Numbered from the stretch's first letter, positions 1-10,294 are shown. The stretch is 64,000 nt of DNA from Parcubacteria group bacterium GW2011_GWA2_40_143 (GCA_000996035.1 LBYH01000001.1:21676-85675); one strand, 5' to 3'. Translations and numbers: made by a program. Notes: generated from the sequence alone by a model not told the origin.

Positions 1-1189
1 GATAGCACTTTACCTCGGCAGGAGTATTCGCGTATGGCGAAGCCGGTTCAAACCAACCACTGCCGTCACAACCGGCTCCGCCGATATAATTCCACGGACC
101 GGACGAGCTGTTTGAAGTCGCCATCTGGAATCTTACTTTTCCGGTATTGCCCGTTCCGAGACTTCCTTTCCATAAAATGGAATTATACGCGGCGCCGGAT
201 GAACCGGTGTCAAATATGGAAGAATAGACCAATCCGGACACGACATATGCTCCGGTTTGCGTCGGGGGAATAATCTTGGTGTATGTAACTGTTAACTTAG
301 CGTTAACCAAATTGACAATATTGTTGGTTTTTAAATGAATGTATCTGGTGTACTCACCGGCTTCTCTGGCGAAAGTTTTAAAATAATCTGTAACGTCATG
401 ATTGACGCTAAATGATGTCGGACGGCCTGATGAGTTTATGACGTAAGTGGCATCATAAGAAACCGGCGTGGAAGCGCTATTATCAACCGCCACATCCAAG
501 TTTACCGATGAAGGATCGGCCACGCCTTTTATCTCTATAAAAGCGCTTTTGATGTCATCCAAAGGATCGCCGATGGAAAAAGTAAAAGATCTGTCATCGG
601 TTCCATTAAGAGGAGTAGCTCTTTGAAAGAGATGGTACTTTGTCTTTTTGGTCACCACCTGAAAATCAACATCAGCATAAATTTGCGAAACTCTATATTC
701 CGCGTCTTCCCATGAGCCACCGACCTGAACAGTCTTAACCCCCGCTTCAAGATTGGTCAAATCGGAAGTGGACCAGCTGGAGCTGGTGGAAGGATTGACA
801 CTCCAATAAGCGCTACAATATTTATAACCCGAAGAATCCAAACCGGAACAAGCCGTGCCTTCATAATCGGCGCCGGCCACTCTTAAAACCGGCCGAATCT
901 CCTCAGCCGTGCCGACAACCTTCACATAAGAAATGACCCTGACTCCATTTATCGTTCCGGACAAAGAATAATTTTCAAGATTATAAGTCTGGAACGCGCT
1001 AGGAACGGAAGCGGTGTTATAACTCGCGTCTCCGTCGTTGTTTGGATAATCGTCAATATCGGCATATGTTCCGGTCCAATCCGAATGATAACCGGAAGCA
1101 TCAGGCAATAAAACCTTCGCTTCGGCCGTTGTATTGAAAAAGAATGAAGCAATCAAAATTGCAAGGATCAATACTGACAATTTTTTCAT
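1..1189 (-). CDS. Secreted/surface beta-rich protein, partial (runs off window edge)
   Basis: Absent from the ORF track because no stop lies in the window. ATG at 1189 gives MKKLSVLILAILIASFFFNTTAEA (signal peptide) and the frame reads open towards position 1. Confidence 0.8.
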   Translation of the reverse strand, partial: MKKLSVLILAILIASFFFNTTAEAKVLLPDASGYHSDWTGTYADIDDYPNNDGDASYNTASVPSAFQTYNLENYSLSGTINGVRVISYVKVVGTAEEIRPVLRVAGADYEGTACSGLDSSGYKYCSAYWSVNPSTSSSWSTSDLTNLEAGVKTVQVGGSWEDAEYRVSQIYADVDFQVVTKKTKYHLFQRATPLNGTDDRSFTFSIGDPLDDIKSAFIEIKGVADPSSVNLDVAVDNSASTPVSYDATYVINSSGRPTSFSVNHDVTDYFKTFAREAGEYTRYIHLKTNNIVNLVNAKLTVTYTKIIPPTQTGAYVVSGLVYSSIFDTGSSGAAYNSILWKGSLGTGNTGKVRFQMATSNSSSGPWNYIGGAGCDGSGWFEPASPYANTPAEVKCY

Positions 1190-1204
1190 AAATTTTTAAT
1201 CCTA

Positions 1205-1927
1205 TTACTGAGCTTTTGTAGAGGTTACACCCCTTGAGGTTGTTAACGTGTAGCGCCATGCCTTGAGATCCGTGTTGTAATACAGGGTTAGCGCCGATAT
1301 CGTGGCATCCGAGTATTGAGGCAATTCCTGTAAACCGATAATCGCTTCATTTGAGTCTCTAAAATTTATCGGCAGATCGACGCCGACTGCCGATAAATCA
1401 ATTTCTTTTTTGGAAACGATTTGGTCAGCCTGGATTATCACCTCGTATCCTTTGCCATTTTTTAATACTGAGGAAAATACCAACTGCCATTGACTGGATT
1501 TTCCATCAAGAGTAACCGCGCCCAATGATTTCACCATCGCAACTTTTGCGTCAGAAGACCACTCTTGCGCCGCCGGCATAGCTAGATCATAACTGCCTTT
1601 TACGGTTAAAATAGCTTTTGTAACAATAATTTTCTCTCCATCGTTTTTGGGAACAAGCGGTGTTTGTACATTGCCTTCACCGCCAAATCTACCTTCAGTT
1701 AAAGTGACTTTTTGCGTATCAGGTATTACCAGATCTTCATCTATAACTTTGGGTTTCTCTTTTTTATCTGCCATAAATGACAAATTATCGCTTTTATCAT
1801 CCCGCAAAAAATAAACAGCCGAAAAAATAAATAACACTCCAAAAACAGAGCCAAGAGAAAGATAAATAATTTTATTTCTGTTTTGGCGAATAATTGCTGT
1901 TTCTTTTTTATTTTTTGATGAAGCCAT
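1205..1927 (-). CDS. Hypothetical single-TM membrane-anchored protein
   Basis: 240 aa ORF with an N-terminal hydrophobic helix, co-oriented in the surface-protein cluster. Confidence 0.75.
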   Translation of the reverse strand: MASSKNKKETAIIRQNRNKIIYLSLGSVFGVLFIFSAVYFLRDDKSDNLSFMADKKEKPKVIDEDLVIPDTQKVTLTEGRFGGEGNVQTPLVPKNDGEKIIVTKAILTVKGSYDLAMPAAQEWSSDAKVAMVKSLGAVTLDGKSSQWQLVFSSVLKNGKGYEVIIQADQIVSKKEIDLSAVGVDLPINFRDSNEAIIGLQELPQYSDATISALTLYYNTDLKAWRYTLTTSRGVTSTKAQ

Positions 1928-1973
1928 AGTTATAAAAAATTAATTGATAATTGTTGTTTGTAAGTTTTTGGTT

Positions 1974-4900
1974 TTATTGCACTGGCGTATGATAATATGT
2001 TACCACAATTTTCGCCGAAAGGGCGGTAATATTGGTGCTTGCGTCAACAACCGTCACTTTGAGTGTATTGGAATTGGTCGGGTTTGACGGAGTGGCTATA
2101 TTCAAATCAGAAGCTGAAACTTCATGAATGATGGCAAAAGGTGTCGTAGCGCCGGTTGCCGTTCCTACCGTATAAGTCGCGGCTGTTGCCGAATTAACCT
2201 GAACTGTTACTTGCGATGGCGGCGCGGAATCAGTGGAGAAAACTCCCGTAATTTCCACAAAAGCGCTCTTAATATTATATCCGCTTTCCGGAATCTGCGC
2301 GGTAAAAGTTTGAGAATACTGGCCATCGGATTGGTTCAATGCCGTCTGTTTGGATGTTACGAAAAATTCAGTAGTTCTGGTTTCCGCCTTGCTCGTGGTA
2401 AAAGTACAAGAAGTGTCGCCGCCCAAGCCATAACCTTTGCTTGTTTCATTCCCCGCCTCGTCTTTTGAACGCGCTCTGTAATAATAAACCGTATCAGGAC
2501 TTAAGCCGGTGAGTATGATTTGCTGAGGGTCGCTGTTGTATCCGGAACTTGGCGCGCCGCAAGTTTCATTGCCGCTTCCCTGCGAACAAACGGAAGAAGT
2601 AAAATTCGTCGTGGTGCTGTATTGAACTTGCTTCGTGAAAGTTGAGGACATAGCGTCTGTAAGATACCAGATGATAGTCGCCCCGCCGGCGGTCAAACTG
2701 CCGTGCATCGGGCAAGAAGTGGTTATGGCCGGCGCCGTCGCGTCTATGTAAAAATCCACATCGTTTGGATCCGTATTCCCGCCAAAAGAAACCCAATCGC
2801 TCGGATAATCACCGGTGCCATCACAAGCGGATGTGTGCGTTCCGCCTTTATTGTGGCAAACTCTGGCTTGCCAATGATATTGGGTATTAGTGGAAAGAAC
2901 GGTTGAAACTTGCCCCGTGGCAGGACCCGGGCCGGCTTGTCCCGTGCCTTCCGCCGTTACCGCGTTGGTAAAGGCCACGCCCACCGCTTTGGCTTCTATC
3001 TGCGGATAAAGAGTTCCGCCAGAAACTGAAGCTTGCATTGTCATCTGGAAATATATAGTGGTGGAACTGGCCGCCCCTCCAACGCTTATTGAATCCGTGT
3101 AGCCGGAATTTTTGAATTGATCGAGGACGGACGGGTTGCTAGGAGTATTGGAAAGCAAGGTTAAGTTTAACGCGTTGGAATCATATCCGTTTGACTTAAC
3201 AACGACATTTCCAGAAGCGGCGCCGGTCGGCACTTTTACATTAACGCCAACCGTGGAAGAATCTCCGTTCGCCCAAGTATTAAGCAATGTCGCGTCAACG
3301 GCATTGTAAAAAGTTATTTTATTGTCCGCGTCAAGCGCGCCCGGGCAGCTTGCCGCGCCGGCTTGACACAAATGATTGCCGATAATTTCCACATTATCAC
3401 CCACAGCCGGATTAACCGGATTAAATTCCGTTATCTTCGGCAACACCCTAAACCCATTGGAATCGTAAGCATTATCTTCTTTTGAACCGGTATCGGCGGC
3501 TCTGGTGATTTTAATATCTCCGAGATAAACATTATCCGCTATTGAGGTAGGAACAACCACGGTAATGGCGGTATCAGACCAAGTAACATCAACGGCTGGA
3601 ACGAGAATGTCGCCAAAATTACCGATAAAATTAACCGCGCCTTCCGTAACTCCGAATCGTTTGCCATCAATGTTGATATTATCAGCTTCTCTGGCTTGAG
3701 TGGGTATATTGGTAACCTCCGGGTAAATATAAAAATCTCGTCTTGCATCATCTTGTGTTCCTCCGACAGTCGCCAACAGGCCTTTTCCTGATGCCGCTGT
3801 TCCTCCATAAGTGGTTACTTGAGTTGACGGAATAGTCGCTGAAATAGTGGTGTTGTTGGCGTTGTTACAAGTGAGAGTTGTGCCTTCCACTTGGATTGAT
3901 ATAGAACCACAAACCGTGCCGAAGCCGGCGCCGGTGATCGTAATATTTTGACCATTCCTTGCGCCAAGATTATTTAAAACAGCCTCGCTAATGTTGTCGT
4001 AGGAAGTAACATTTGGACGGATAGTGGTGGAGCCGGAAAGCTGAACCGGATAGGTTCCCGCTTTAGTTGTGCCGTTTTGCAAAGTAAAATCTGTTGAACT
4101 GGTTATTTCCAAATCAATCGCCTGCCCGCCAACAGCACCCATCGCAATATCAAAAACGACATAAACGCAAGTGTAATTACTCCCAACCGTCACCGGTATG
4201 CTTAAACCCGAAAGCGTCATTTTGTCTGTCGTAACATCAAAAGTATCACTCACTAATGTTTCAGTTCCATTATACGCGCAAGTAGCAACTCCGCTTTCGT
4301 ATCTTATGCCCGCGTTAGCGCTTAAATTCGCGTTCGCGTTCACAGTGCCGGCTTCGGAAATAGTCAAAGCAGTAATAGTATCTGCGCTTCCGCTTGTTTG
4401 CTGAAAAGTAAATGCCGCGCCAACATATTGACCGGTGGCACCGGAATCAAGATTGACTGTTTGCGTTCCGCTTGAAGCCGCCGTAACTTGCGGTGGTGCT
4501 GATGTCGTCCCAGAACCCGCAGTACTCAAACCTGTTTGATCTCCATCCTCGTTTTTCGCTTTTGATTGAAAATCATATAGTGTGCCAGCTGTTAGTCCGT
4601 TGATAGTTAAGCTGGTAAGTTGCGTATCAGTTAACCAAACTTCGGTCACTGAAGCGTTACCTAAAGCATTCACCCATTTGCCATTCCAGTTGGCATCAGC
4701 AGTAGTAACCTGCACCGCAAAATTAGTTACGGGATTAGAAAGAGGGTTTCCATTTTCGTTGTTGGTAATAACAAGAGTGGTTTCAGTCGGAGAACCAACA
4801 GCCGGCGCAGTCGGCGTGTTAGCAGAAGTATATAGAGTAGTAATACCGGAATATCCGGTCTCGTTTGGAGTGCCAGCGTTGTCGCGCGCCTTTACCTTAT

Positions 4901-7900
4901 ATCCATAACATTTGTTTACCGAAAGCCCTGTGTCGCTATAAGTAGTGCCTGCCTGCCATCCACTATCCGCCGCACCTATGCCGACATTTGCACCAACACA
5001 AGCAGTGGTATCCAAAGCGAAATAATAACTAACTGGTGGAGTAGTGGCATCAGTGGCGGTGGTGGCAGTCATATCAATCTGCGTGGCGCTCGTATTTGAC
5101 GGAGCCGTAGCAAAAGTCATTGGGTCGGGTGTTGGAGGTGTGGTGTCATTGGCAATAGTAAAAGTCAAGCCATTGCTTGTATATGGACTTCCCCCTCCTG
5201 TAGTAACCGTTACACTGTATCCGCCATTGGTTAGCGTTGGAGCATTAGCGATGATTTCAATATGAGTAGGTATGCCTGTAACTGTGGCATTAGCAGTTCC
5301 CCACTTTACATCATTACCATCGTCGGGAGTAGTGTTGAATGTAACGGCGGAGGGACAGGCTCCTGTTTGACACAAGTGATCGCCGGCAATAGTAGTGGAT
5401 TGACCGTTCGGACCGGTATTTGGTGTGAGTGAAATAATTCTTGGTAAAATTCTAAATCCATCTGCCGAATATGCTAACCCTGTTTTGGAGTCAGAATTTC
5501 TGGTAATTCTAATATCGCCAAGATAAATACTGTCGCTCAAAGTAGTTGGCACAGTGACGGTAATAGAGGTATCTGACCAAGTAATACCACCTGTGGCAGG
5601 AACAGCAGCGCCGAAACCACCGACAAAATCAATAGTGCCTGCAGTAGCTCCAAAGTGATTTCCACCAAAAGTAATACTGTCGTTTTCTTTGGCCGCATCG
5701 CCACCGGGCCAGCTGGTGATTTTAGGAAGGATGATAAAACCAGCGGAATTATCAGATAAGGTATTGTCTCCTTCTGTTCCTTGATAGGCGACAACAGTAA
5801 CCGAGTTGTTGGCGTCATTAATAGCTGAAGGTACCACTGCTTGAATAGAAGTATCTCCCCAAGTTGATATTGTTGCCGCTACTCCATCAATAGTTACCTT
5901 GTTAGTTCCTTGAGTTGTGCCAAATCTTGTACCGGTAATAGTAACAGTGTCGCCTTCTTTTGCTTCACCTACACCAGAGGGAGAGATGGAAGTAATATCT
6001 GGATATACTTTGAACGATAGAGGTGTGGTGTCCGCTTGAGAGTTAGCGGTAACTGTAAGATTGTTTCCATAAACGGTGATGGCTGATGGAATATTGAATG
6101 TAATAGAGGCAGCTGACCATGCTGTAACATTAGCAGTTGGTATTTGATAAGTTCCCACCTTGACATTGTTGGTGGCAGTAGAACGGTTAGCCGCTCCCGG
6201 ATCAGCTCCGAAATTAGTACCGGTGATGACAATGGTTTGACCAACTCTCGCTCCGAGATTATTCAATCCCGATTCAGTGCTGTTGGTGAAAGAGGTGGCG
6301 TTGGGTGGCGTCGCCGCAGGCGTAAAAGTCCCAATAGCAACCCCGACATCATAGTTGCCATTGGTATCACGGCTGAAAACTTTGTAAGTGTAGGCCTGTC
6401 CATTAGTCAAAGCAGTAGTAGTACAACCAGCACTTCCTCCTGTACCATCAATCTTGCTTTGAACAGCGGAAGCAGTGGAGGAAATGACACAAGCGACAGT
6501 GGCAGTGGTAATAGTGTTACCGGCAGAATAGGCCGAGCCTTCGGCTGGGACTTCAGAACCAGCAGTGCCAGAAGCCCAACGGAGAACAACGGAACCAGAA
6601 GTGGTATTAAAATCAGCAGAGTTAGAAGCTGTCCAATTGATAGTGTTAGCAGTATCTCCGGCTGTACCAGAAACAGAAGTGGCGCCATTAGGTGAAAGGT
6701 TATCTAAAGTCATAGTAGCGCTACCAGAGTCAGTGCCCGCTTGTGTAGCATTGCCACTGGTAAAGCCAGTCACTGTGGCAGTGATAGCATACGAAGCGCC
6801 AGGAGGAACAGGCATAGAGCCGTGTGCTTTAGCCGTTAATTTAATTTTGAATTGAGTGTTAGTGATAGAAACAGGAATACCACAAGTAGAAAGCGAAGCG
6901 GAGTCGCCAGAAGGAGTTGCGGAACAATAGGTTACTGTGTCGCCGTCATTAGTAATCGCCACTGTTTGAATATATTGCCCCATACCAGCAGCGATGCCAA
7001 TAGTGGCGGCGGTAACTGTGTCAGTACTACCATCTGTTTGCAATCCAAAAGAATCAACCAAAGCCGATGCTCCGGGAGCGATAGTGGCATTAGACGGCTC
7101 GGCTGTAACGAAGTTTGAGATGGTTGTGATGTAGGAAGGCGCGGAAGTCGTACCCGAGCCCGCCGTGCTCAAAGCCGTTTGGTCGCCATCCTCGTTTCTC
7201 GCTTTTGATTGAAAATTATATAGCGTTCCTCCTGTTAGTCCATTAACCGTCAAGCTGGTAAGCTGTGTGTCAGTCAGCCAAACTTCGGAAACAGAAGCGT
7301 TACCCGTAGCATCAACCCACTTACCATTCCAGTTAGCATCAGCAGTAGTAACCTGCACCGCGAAAGAGGTGGTTGGATTAGAAAGAGGGTTTCCATTTTC
7401 GTTGTTGGTAATAACAAGAGTGGTTTCAGTCGGACTGCCCACCGTCGGCGCGCTCGGCGTGTTGGCTGAAGTGTAAAGAGTGGTAATGCCAGAATAACCG
7501 GTTTCATTTGGAGTGCCGACGGAATCGCGCGCTTTTACTTTATAGCCGTAACATTTGTTTACATCAAGACCAATGTCGCTGTATGTTGTGCCTGCCTGCC
7601 ATCCGCTATCAGCGGCGCCGGCGCCGATATTAGCGACAACACAAGAAGTAGTATCCAAGGCAAAATAGTAACTGACTGGCGGTGTCGTGGCATCAGTAGC
7701 AGTAGTCGCTGTCATATCAATCTGCGAGGCGCTCGTATTGCTCGGCGCCGAAGCAAAAGTCATCGGGTCGGGGGTGGGCGGGGTCGTATCAGCAGGTGGT
7801 GGCGCCGGTTTTAGCGCGATAGACATCATTGCCTTATAGGTATTTGTTGATACAGTAACAGCAGTTGCCCCATAATTTCCAGCCGTTACTTTTTCTCCGC

Positions 7901-8711
7901 TTGCTACACCTAAGGCACCTCCATTATTAGTATTTTTAGCATTATCGCTTTGCTCTGTGAGGCTGGAAAGATTGGCATTGGCCCAACCAGAAAAAACAGT
8001 TGTGCTATTTCCGTCAGGCAACGCGGTGGCGATAGCTGTCACTACAAGGGTATTATCTACGGTCGTAATGGCGCCGGGTATAGAACCGCTGTTATCCGCT
8101 ACTGCTTCAACCCCACCAGCTGTCACATCCCATGGATCTCCAGTGGTGATAACTCCACTGTACGCGGATATTCTTGCGAATTGATGGTCGCCGGAATCTC
8201 CCAAACTGGGGTTGCCTTGCGTTCCGTTATATCTTGACCAAAAGGCCGTAAGGCGAGTGCCGGCTGTGCCAGCCACGCCGGCGGTTTGTGGAGAATTGGT
8301 AACTTCTGTCCATGTTCCGCCACCTTGATTGGTAATAGAAACCGCTTGTGCTCCTGTCTCAACAAAAAGAAGCAAGATATCATCTGTTTGAATTCCTGAC
8401 GGCAAGGCAGGAGTGATTGCGGCAGCGCCGGCAGCAAAAGTTCCATTGGCAATCCATACTGGCGCCGTGGCCGCGCGCGCTTCTTCAATTTTCCACCCCT
8501 CTTTCAAATTTCTTAACGAAGTAAACTTATCAACAACATTATCGTCTTGCGACAAACGCCATGCGCGGTCTACGATATTGCCGGTCTTAATATATCCTTC
8601 AATCGCGCCAGACAACATATAAAAAGGAATATTAGAAAACACCACGCCAAAAATCACCAAAACAATGGCGGAGTTGCGGAAAAATTTTAATAATTTTTTA
8701 ACTATTTTCAT
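1974..8711 (-). CDS. Giant (2245 aa) surface protein with fibronectin type III-like and IPT/TIG-like domains
   Basis: N-terminal TM/signal; Thr/Ser/Gly rich; repeated ITITG(T/N)xFG...W(S/G)DTxI motifs (IPT/TIG) and YxYKVKARD / YYYRARSKD motifs (FnIII). Confidence 0.85.
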   Translation of the reverse strand: MKIVKKLLKFFRNSAIVLVIFGVVFSNIPFYMLSGAIEGYIKTGNIVDRAWRLSQDDNVVDKFTSLRNLKEGWKIEEARAATAPVWIANGTFAAGAAAITPALPSGIQTDDILLLFVETGAQAVSITNQGGGTWTEVTNSPQTAGVAGTAGTRLTAFWSRYNGTQGNPSLGDSGDHQFARISAYSGVITTGDPWDVTAGGVEAVADNSGSIPGAITTVDNTLVVTAIATALPDGNSTTVFSGWANANLSSLTEQSDNAKNTNNGGALGVASGEKVTAGNYGATAVTVSTNTYKAMMSIALKPAPPPADTTPPTPDPMTFASAPSNTSASQIDMTATTATDATTPPVSYYFALDTTSCVVANIGAGAADSGWQAGTTYSDIGLDVNKCYGYKVKARDSVGTPNETGYSGITTLYTSANTPSAPTVGSPTETTLVITNNENGNPLSNPTTSFAVQVTTADANWNGKWVDATGNASVSEVWLTDTQLTSLTVNGLTGGTLYNFQSKARNEDGDQTALSTAGSGTTSAPSYITTISNFVTAEPSNATIAPGASALVDSFGLQTDGSTDTVTAATIGIAAGMGQYIQTVAITNDGDTVTYCSATPSGDSASLSTCGIPVSITNTQFKIKLTAKAHGSMPVPPGASYAITATVTGFTSGNATQAGTDSGSATMTLDNLSPNGATSVSGTAGDTANTINWTASNSADFNTTSGSVVLRWASGTAGSEVPAEGSAYSAGNTITTATVACVISSTASAVQSKIDGTGGSAGCTTTALTNGQAYTYKVFSRDTNGNYDVGVAIGTFTPAATPPNATSFTNSTESGLNNLGARVGQTIVITGTNFGADPGAANRSTATNNVKVGTYQIPTANVTAWSAASITFNIPSAITVYGNNLTVTANSQADTTPLSFKVYPDITSISPSGVGEAKEGDTVTITGTRFGTTQGTNKVTIDGVAATISTWGDTSIQAVVPSAINDANNSVTVVAYQGTEGDNTLSDNSAGFIILPKITSWPGGDAAKENDSITFGGNHFGATAGTIDFVGGFGAAVPATGGITWSDTSITVTVPTTLSDSIYLGDIRITRNSDSKTGLAYSADGFRILPRIISLTPNTGPNGQSTTIAGDHLCQTGACPSAVTFNTTPDDGNDVKWGTANATVTGIPTHIEIIANAPTLTNGGYSVTVTTGGGSPYTSNGLTFTIANDTTPPTPDPMTFATAPSNTSATQIDMTATTATDATTPPVSYYFALDTTACVGANVGIGAADSGWQAGTTYSDTGLSVNKCYGYKVKARDNAGTPNETGYSGITTLYTSANTPTAPAVGSPTETTLVITNNENGNPLSNPVTNFAVQVTTADANWNGKWVNALGNASVTEVWLTDTQLTSLTINGLTAGTLYDFQSKAKNEDGDQTGLSTAGSGTTSAPPQVTAASSGTQTVNLDSGATGQYVGAAFTFQQTSGSADTITALTISEAGTVNANANLSANAGIRYESGVATCAYNGTETLVSDTFDVTTDKMTLSGLSIPVTVGSNYTCVYVVFDIAMGAVGGQAIDLEITSSTDFTLQNGTTKAGTYPVQLSGSTTIRPNVTSYDNISEAVLNNLGARNGQNITITGAGFGTVCGSISIQVEGTTLTCNNANNTTISATIPSTQVTTYGGTAASGKGLLATVGGTQDDARRDFYIYPEVTNIPTQAREADNINIDGKRFGVTEGAVNFIGNFGDILVPAVDVTWSDTAITVVVPTSIADNVYLGDIKITRAADTGSKEDNAYDSNGFRVLPKITEFNPVNPAVGDNVEIIGNHLCQAGAASCPGALDADNKITFYNAVDATLLNTWANGDSSTVGVNVKVPTGAASGNVVVKSNGYDSNALNLTLLSNTPSNPSVLDQFKNSGYTDSISVGGAASSTTIYFQMTMQASVSGGTLYPQIEAKAVGVAFTNAVTAEGTGQAGPGPATGQVSTVLSTNTQYHWQARVCHNKGGTHTSACDGTGDYPSDWVSFGGNTDPNDVDFYIDATAPAITTSCPMHGSLTAGGATIIWYLTDAMSSTFTKQVQYSTTTNFTSSVCSQGSGNETCGAPSSGYNSDPQQIILTGLSPDTVYYYRARSKDEAGNETSKGYGLGGDTSCTFTTSKAETRTTEFFVTSKQTALNQSDGQYSQTFTAQIPESGYNIKSAFVEITGVFSTDSAPPSQVTVQVNSATAATYTVGTATGATTPFAIIHEVSASDLNIATPSNPTNSNTLKVTVVDASTNITALSAKIVVTYYHTPVQ
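4494..7790 (-). repeat. Intragenic duplication of a 654-bp (218 aa) FnIII-like module at 4494-5147 and 7137-7790
   Basis: Both copies run DTTPPTPDPMTFA...STAGSGTTSAP with high identity. Confidence 0.9.
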
Positions 8712-8765
8712 CTTTATTTATTTTATCATCTAAAAACCAGATTCCCAAGTTATTCACAGCGACTA

Positions 8766-8793
8766 TTGACATGAAATACGGGCTTGCTAATAT
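8766..8793 (+). promoter_or_regulatory. Sigma70-type promoter TTGACA-16-TAATAT (extended -10), convergent with the toxin gene
   Basis: TTGACA at 8766-8771 and TGcTAATAT ending 8793; DnaA-box-like TTATTCACA at 8750-8758. Confidence 0.65.
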
Positions 8794-8798
8794 GTAAA

Positions 8799-8880
8799 TA
8801 CAAATGGCTTCGGCCCGACTCCGCCATAAGGCGGAGGAAAAACCAGAAAAACTCAAGGCAATAATGCCTTGAGTTTTTCT
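8799..8880 (+). ncRNA. Candidate small structured RNA antisense to the toxin 3' end
   Basis: Lies between the promoter and a 16-bp-arm terminator hairpin (8845-8880); contains GGC-UUCG-GCC and CUCCGCC-AUAA-GGCGGAG hairpins. Confidence 0.45.
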
Positions 8881-9248
8881 ATTAAGCTTCTAAAATCTTT
8901 TTCGCTTATATCTCCTATTTTTCGGCTTAATCTTTGCGCATCGATAAGTCGAATTTGGGATAAGATTGCGACACTCATAGCAGTGCCGCTAAAAGGAAAT
9001 TCAAAATAATATTTATTTCTCTTTTTTGTTTTTGAGAGTGGAATTGCCCAAAAAATTTCATTGTTGAATTTTCGCATGACAACAATGGGTCTCTGGAAAT
9101 CTTCTCCGACTCCATCTTGTTCAAATCCAACATTTGCTCCGACAGAACAAAACCATATTTCTTTCTCGTGAAAAAATGGCCGTTTTTCCACTTCATTAAT
9201 TGTTGATTTTTTATTATGCCATTTTTGAAAATCTTTTTTCATTTTCAT
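8853..9248 (-). CDS. PemK/MazF-family toxin (endoribonuclease fold), no protein antitoxin adjacent
   Basis: EIWFCSVGANVGFEQDG..RPIVV..AIPLS..SQIRLIDAQRL matches the PemK/MazF pattern. Confidence 0.8.
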   Translation of the reverse strand: MKMKKDFQKWHNKKSTINEVEKRPFFHEKEIWFCSVGANVGFEQDGVGEDFQRPIVVMRKFNNEIFWAIPLSKTKKRNKYYFEFPFSGTAMSVAILSQIRLIDAQRLSRKIGDISEKDFRSLIEKLKALLP

Positions 9249-9254
9249 TCTGAC

Positions 9255-10202
9255 TTATTCCTTATATTCTTTCACATAATTATACACCTTTTCTGAAATA
9301 TCTTTAATGATTTCTTTTGCCTTTTGTTCGGTTTCATCTTTTATCATCACCGTAAGAATGTATGGACGATCCTTCTCATAAACAATACCGGAATCAAGAT
9401 ATATTTTTTTATCCTCGTCCACGCCAATCTTGTGCGAGAAGAGAATATCTTGAGGTAGACCACTTTGAATATAATTATAAAATGACGATTGCGATAAATA
9501 TGAAAGCAGTTTTTGCGAGTTATCTTCGTTGGCATAAGAAGCAGAATACAACGCTCTTACTATAACTGAATATCTTTTAGCGCTTAAACTTCCATTAGTT
9601 TCCAAGAAACTATCTAATCCTATATGACTATAAACATCTTCTATTTCTTCCATCTCAAGATTTCGTACCAAAATAAAATGCGCGGTGTTATCTGAGTCCA
9701 CCAATGAACGCTTGATTAAATCTTCTATGGTATGTGTTGTATTAGTTTTTTCTTTGTATAGAGTACCGAACTTATCGTCCTTATCCGTCGACATCAAAAC
9801 CAGTTCATTCGTCCATTTCCAATTTCCTTTTTCAATTTTTTTTGCCACCGCCATTGCAACGGGTACTTTAAGGAGCGATGCCGGGTAAAATTCAGCGTCT
9901 TTATTCATTGAAATATTGGAACCCGTTGGCAAGTATTCAAAATAAATAGAAATATTCGGATCAGCTTCGTATTTGTCATTCAAATAATCGCGAAGTGGCT
10001 GAAAATTAATAATCAAATCTTCCTGTTTAATAAATTCTCTCGCGGGATTTAATAAATTATATTTGTCTTTCACAACATCGGAAGATTTTGGCTTGAAAAA
10101 ATAAGCAAAAAAGTTGCTGGAAATCAAAATGAGAATAATAAAATACAAAAAATAATTTATTTTATTATTTTTTGTATTTATATCTTGTCTATTTCTTTTC
10201 AT
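9255..10202 (-). CDS. Class A beta-lactamase-like serine hydrolase, membrane anchored
   Basis: SxxK (ASLLK), SDN and HKIG motifs; N-terminal TM. Confidence 0.85.
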   Translation of the reverse strand: MKRNRQDINTKNNKINYFLYFIILILISSNFFAYFFKPKSSDVVKDKYNLLNPAREFIKQEDLIINFQPLRDYLNDKYEADPNISIYFEYLPTGSNISMNKDAEFYPASLLKVPVAMAVAKKIEKGNWKWTNELVLMSTDKDDKFGTLYKEKTNTTHTIEDLIKRSLVDSDNTAHFILVRNLEMEEIEDVYSHIGLDSFLETNGSLSAKRYSVIVRALYSASYANEDNSQKLLSYLSQSSFYNYIQSGLPQDILFSHKIGVDEDKKIYLDSGIVYEKDRPYILTVMIKDETEQKAKEIIKDISEKVYNYVKEYKE

Positions 10203-10294
10203 GTCTTTTTATTATACCACTTCCAAAAAAATACGCCTGTGGAAAACCGTCCCAGCCTAAGCACCCGATATCCGGACGTCGGACCTCCAGATTA

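Noticed and set aside
4494-7790. Duplicated module as a diversity-generating retroelement TR/VR pair
   Set aside because: Both copies are in frame in one CDS, differences are largely synonymous and not confined to adenines, and no reverse transcriptase is present in the window.
9255-10202. Call as an antibiotic-resistance beta-lactamase
   Set aside because: The motifs fit the wider serine-hydrolase family and the omega-loop catalytic Glu is not evident; resistance cannot be claimed.
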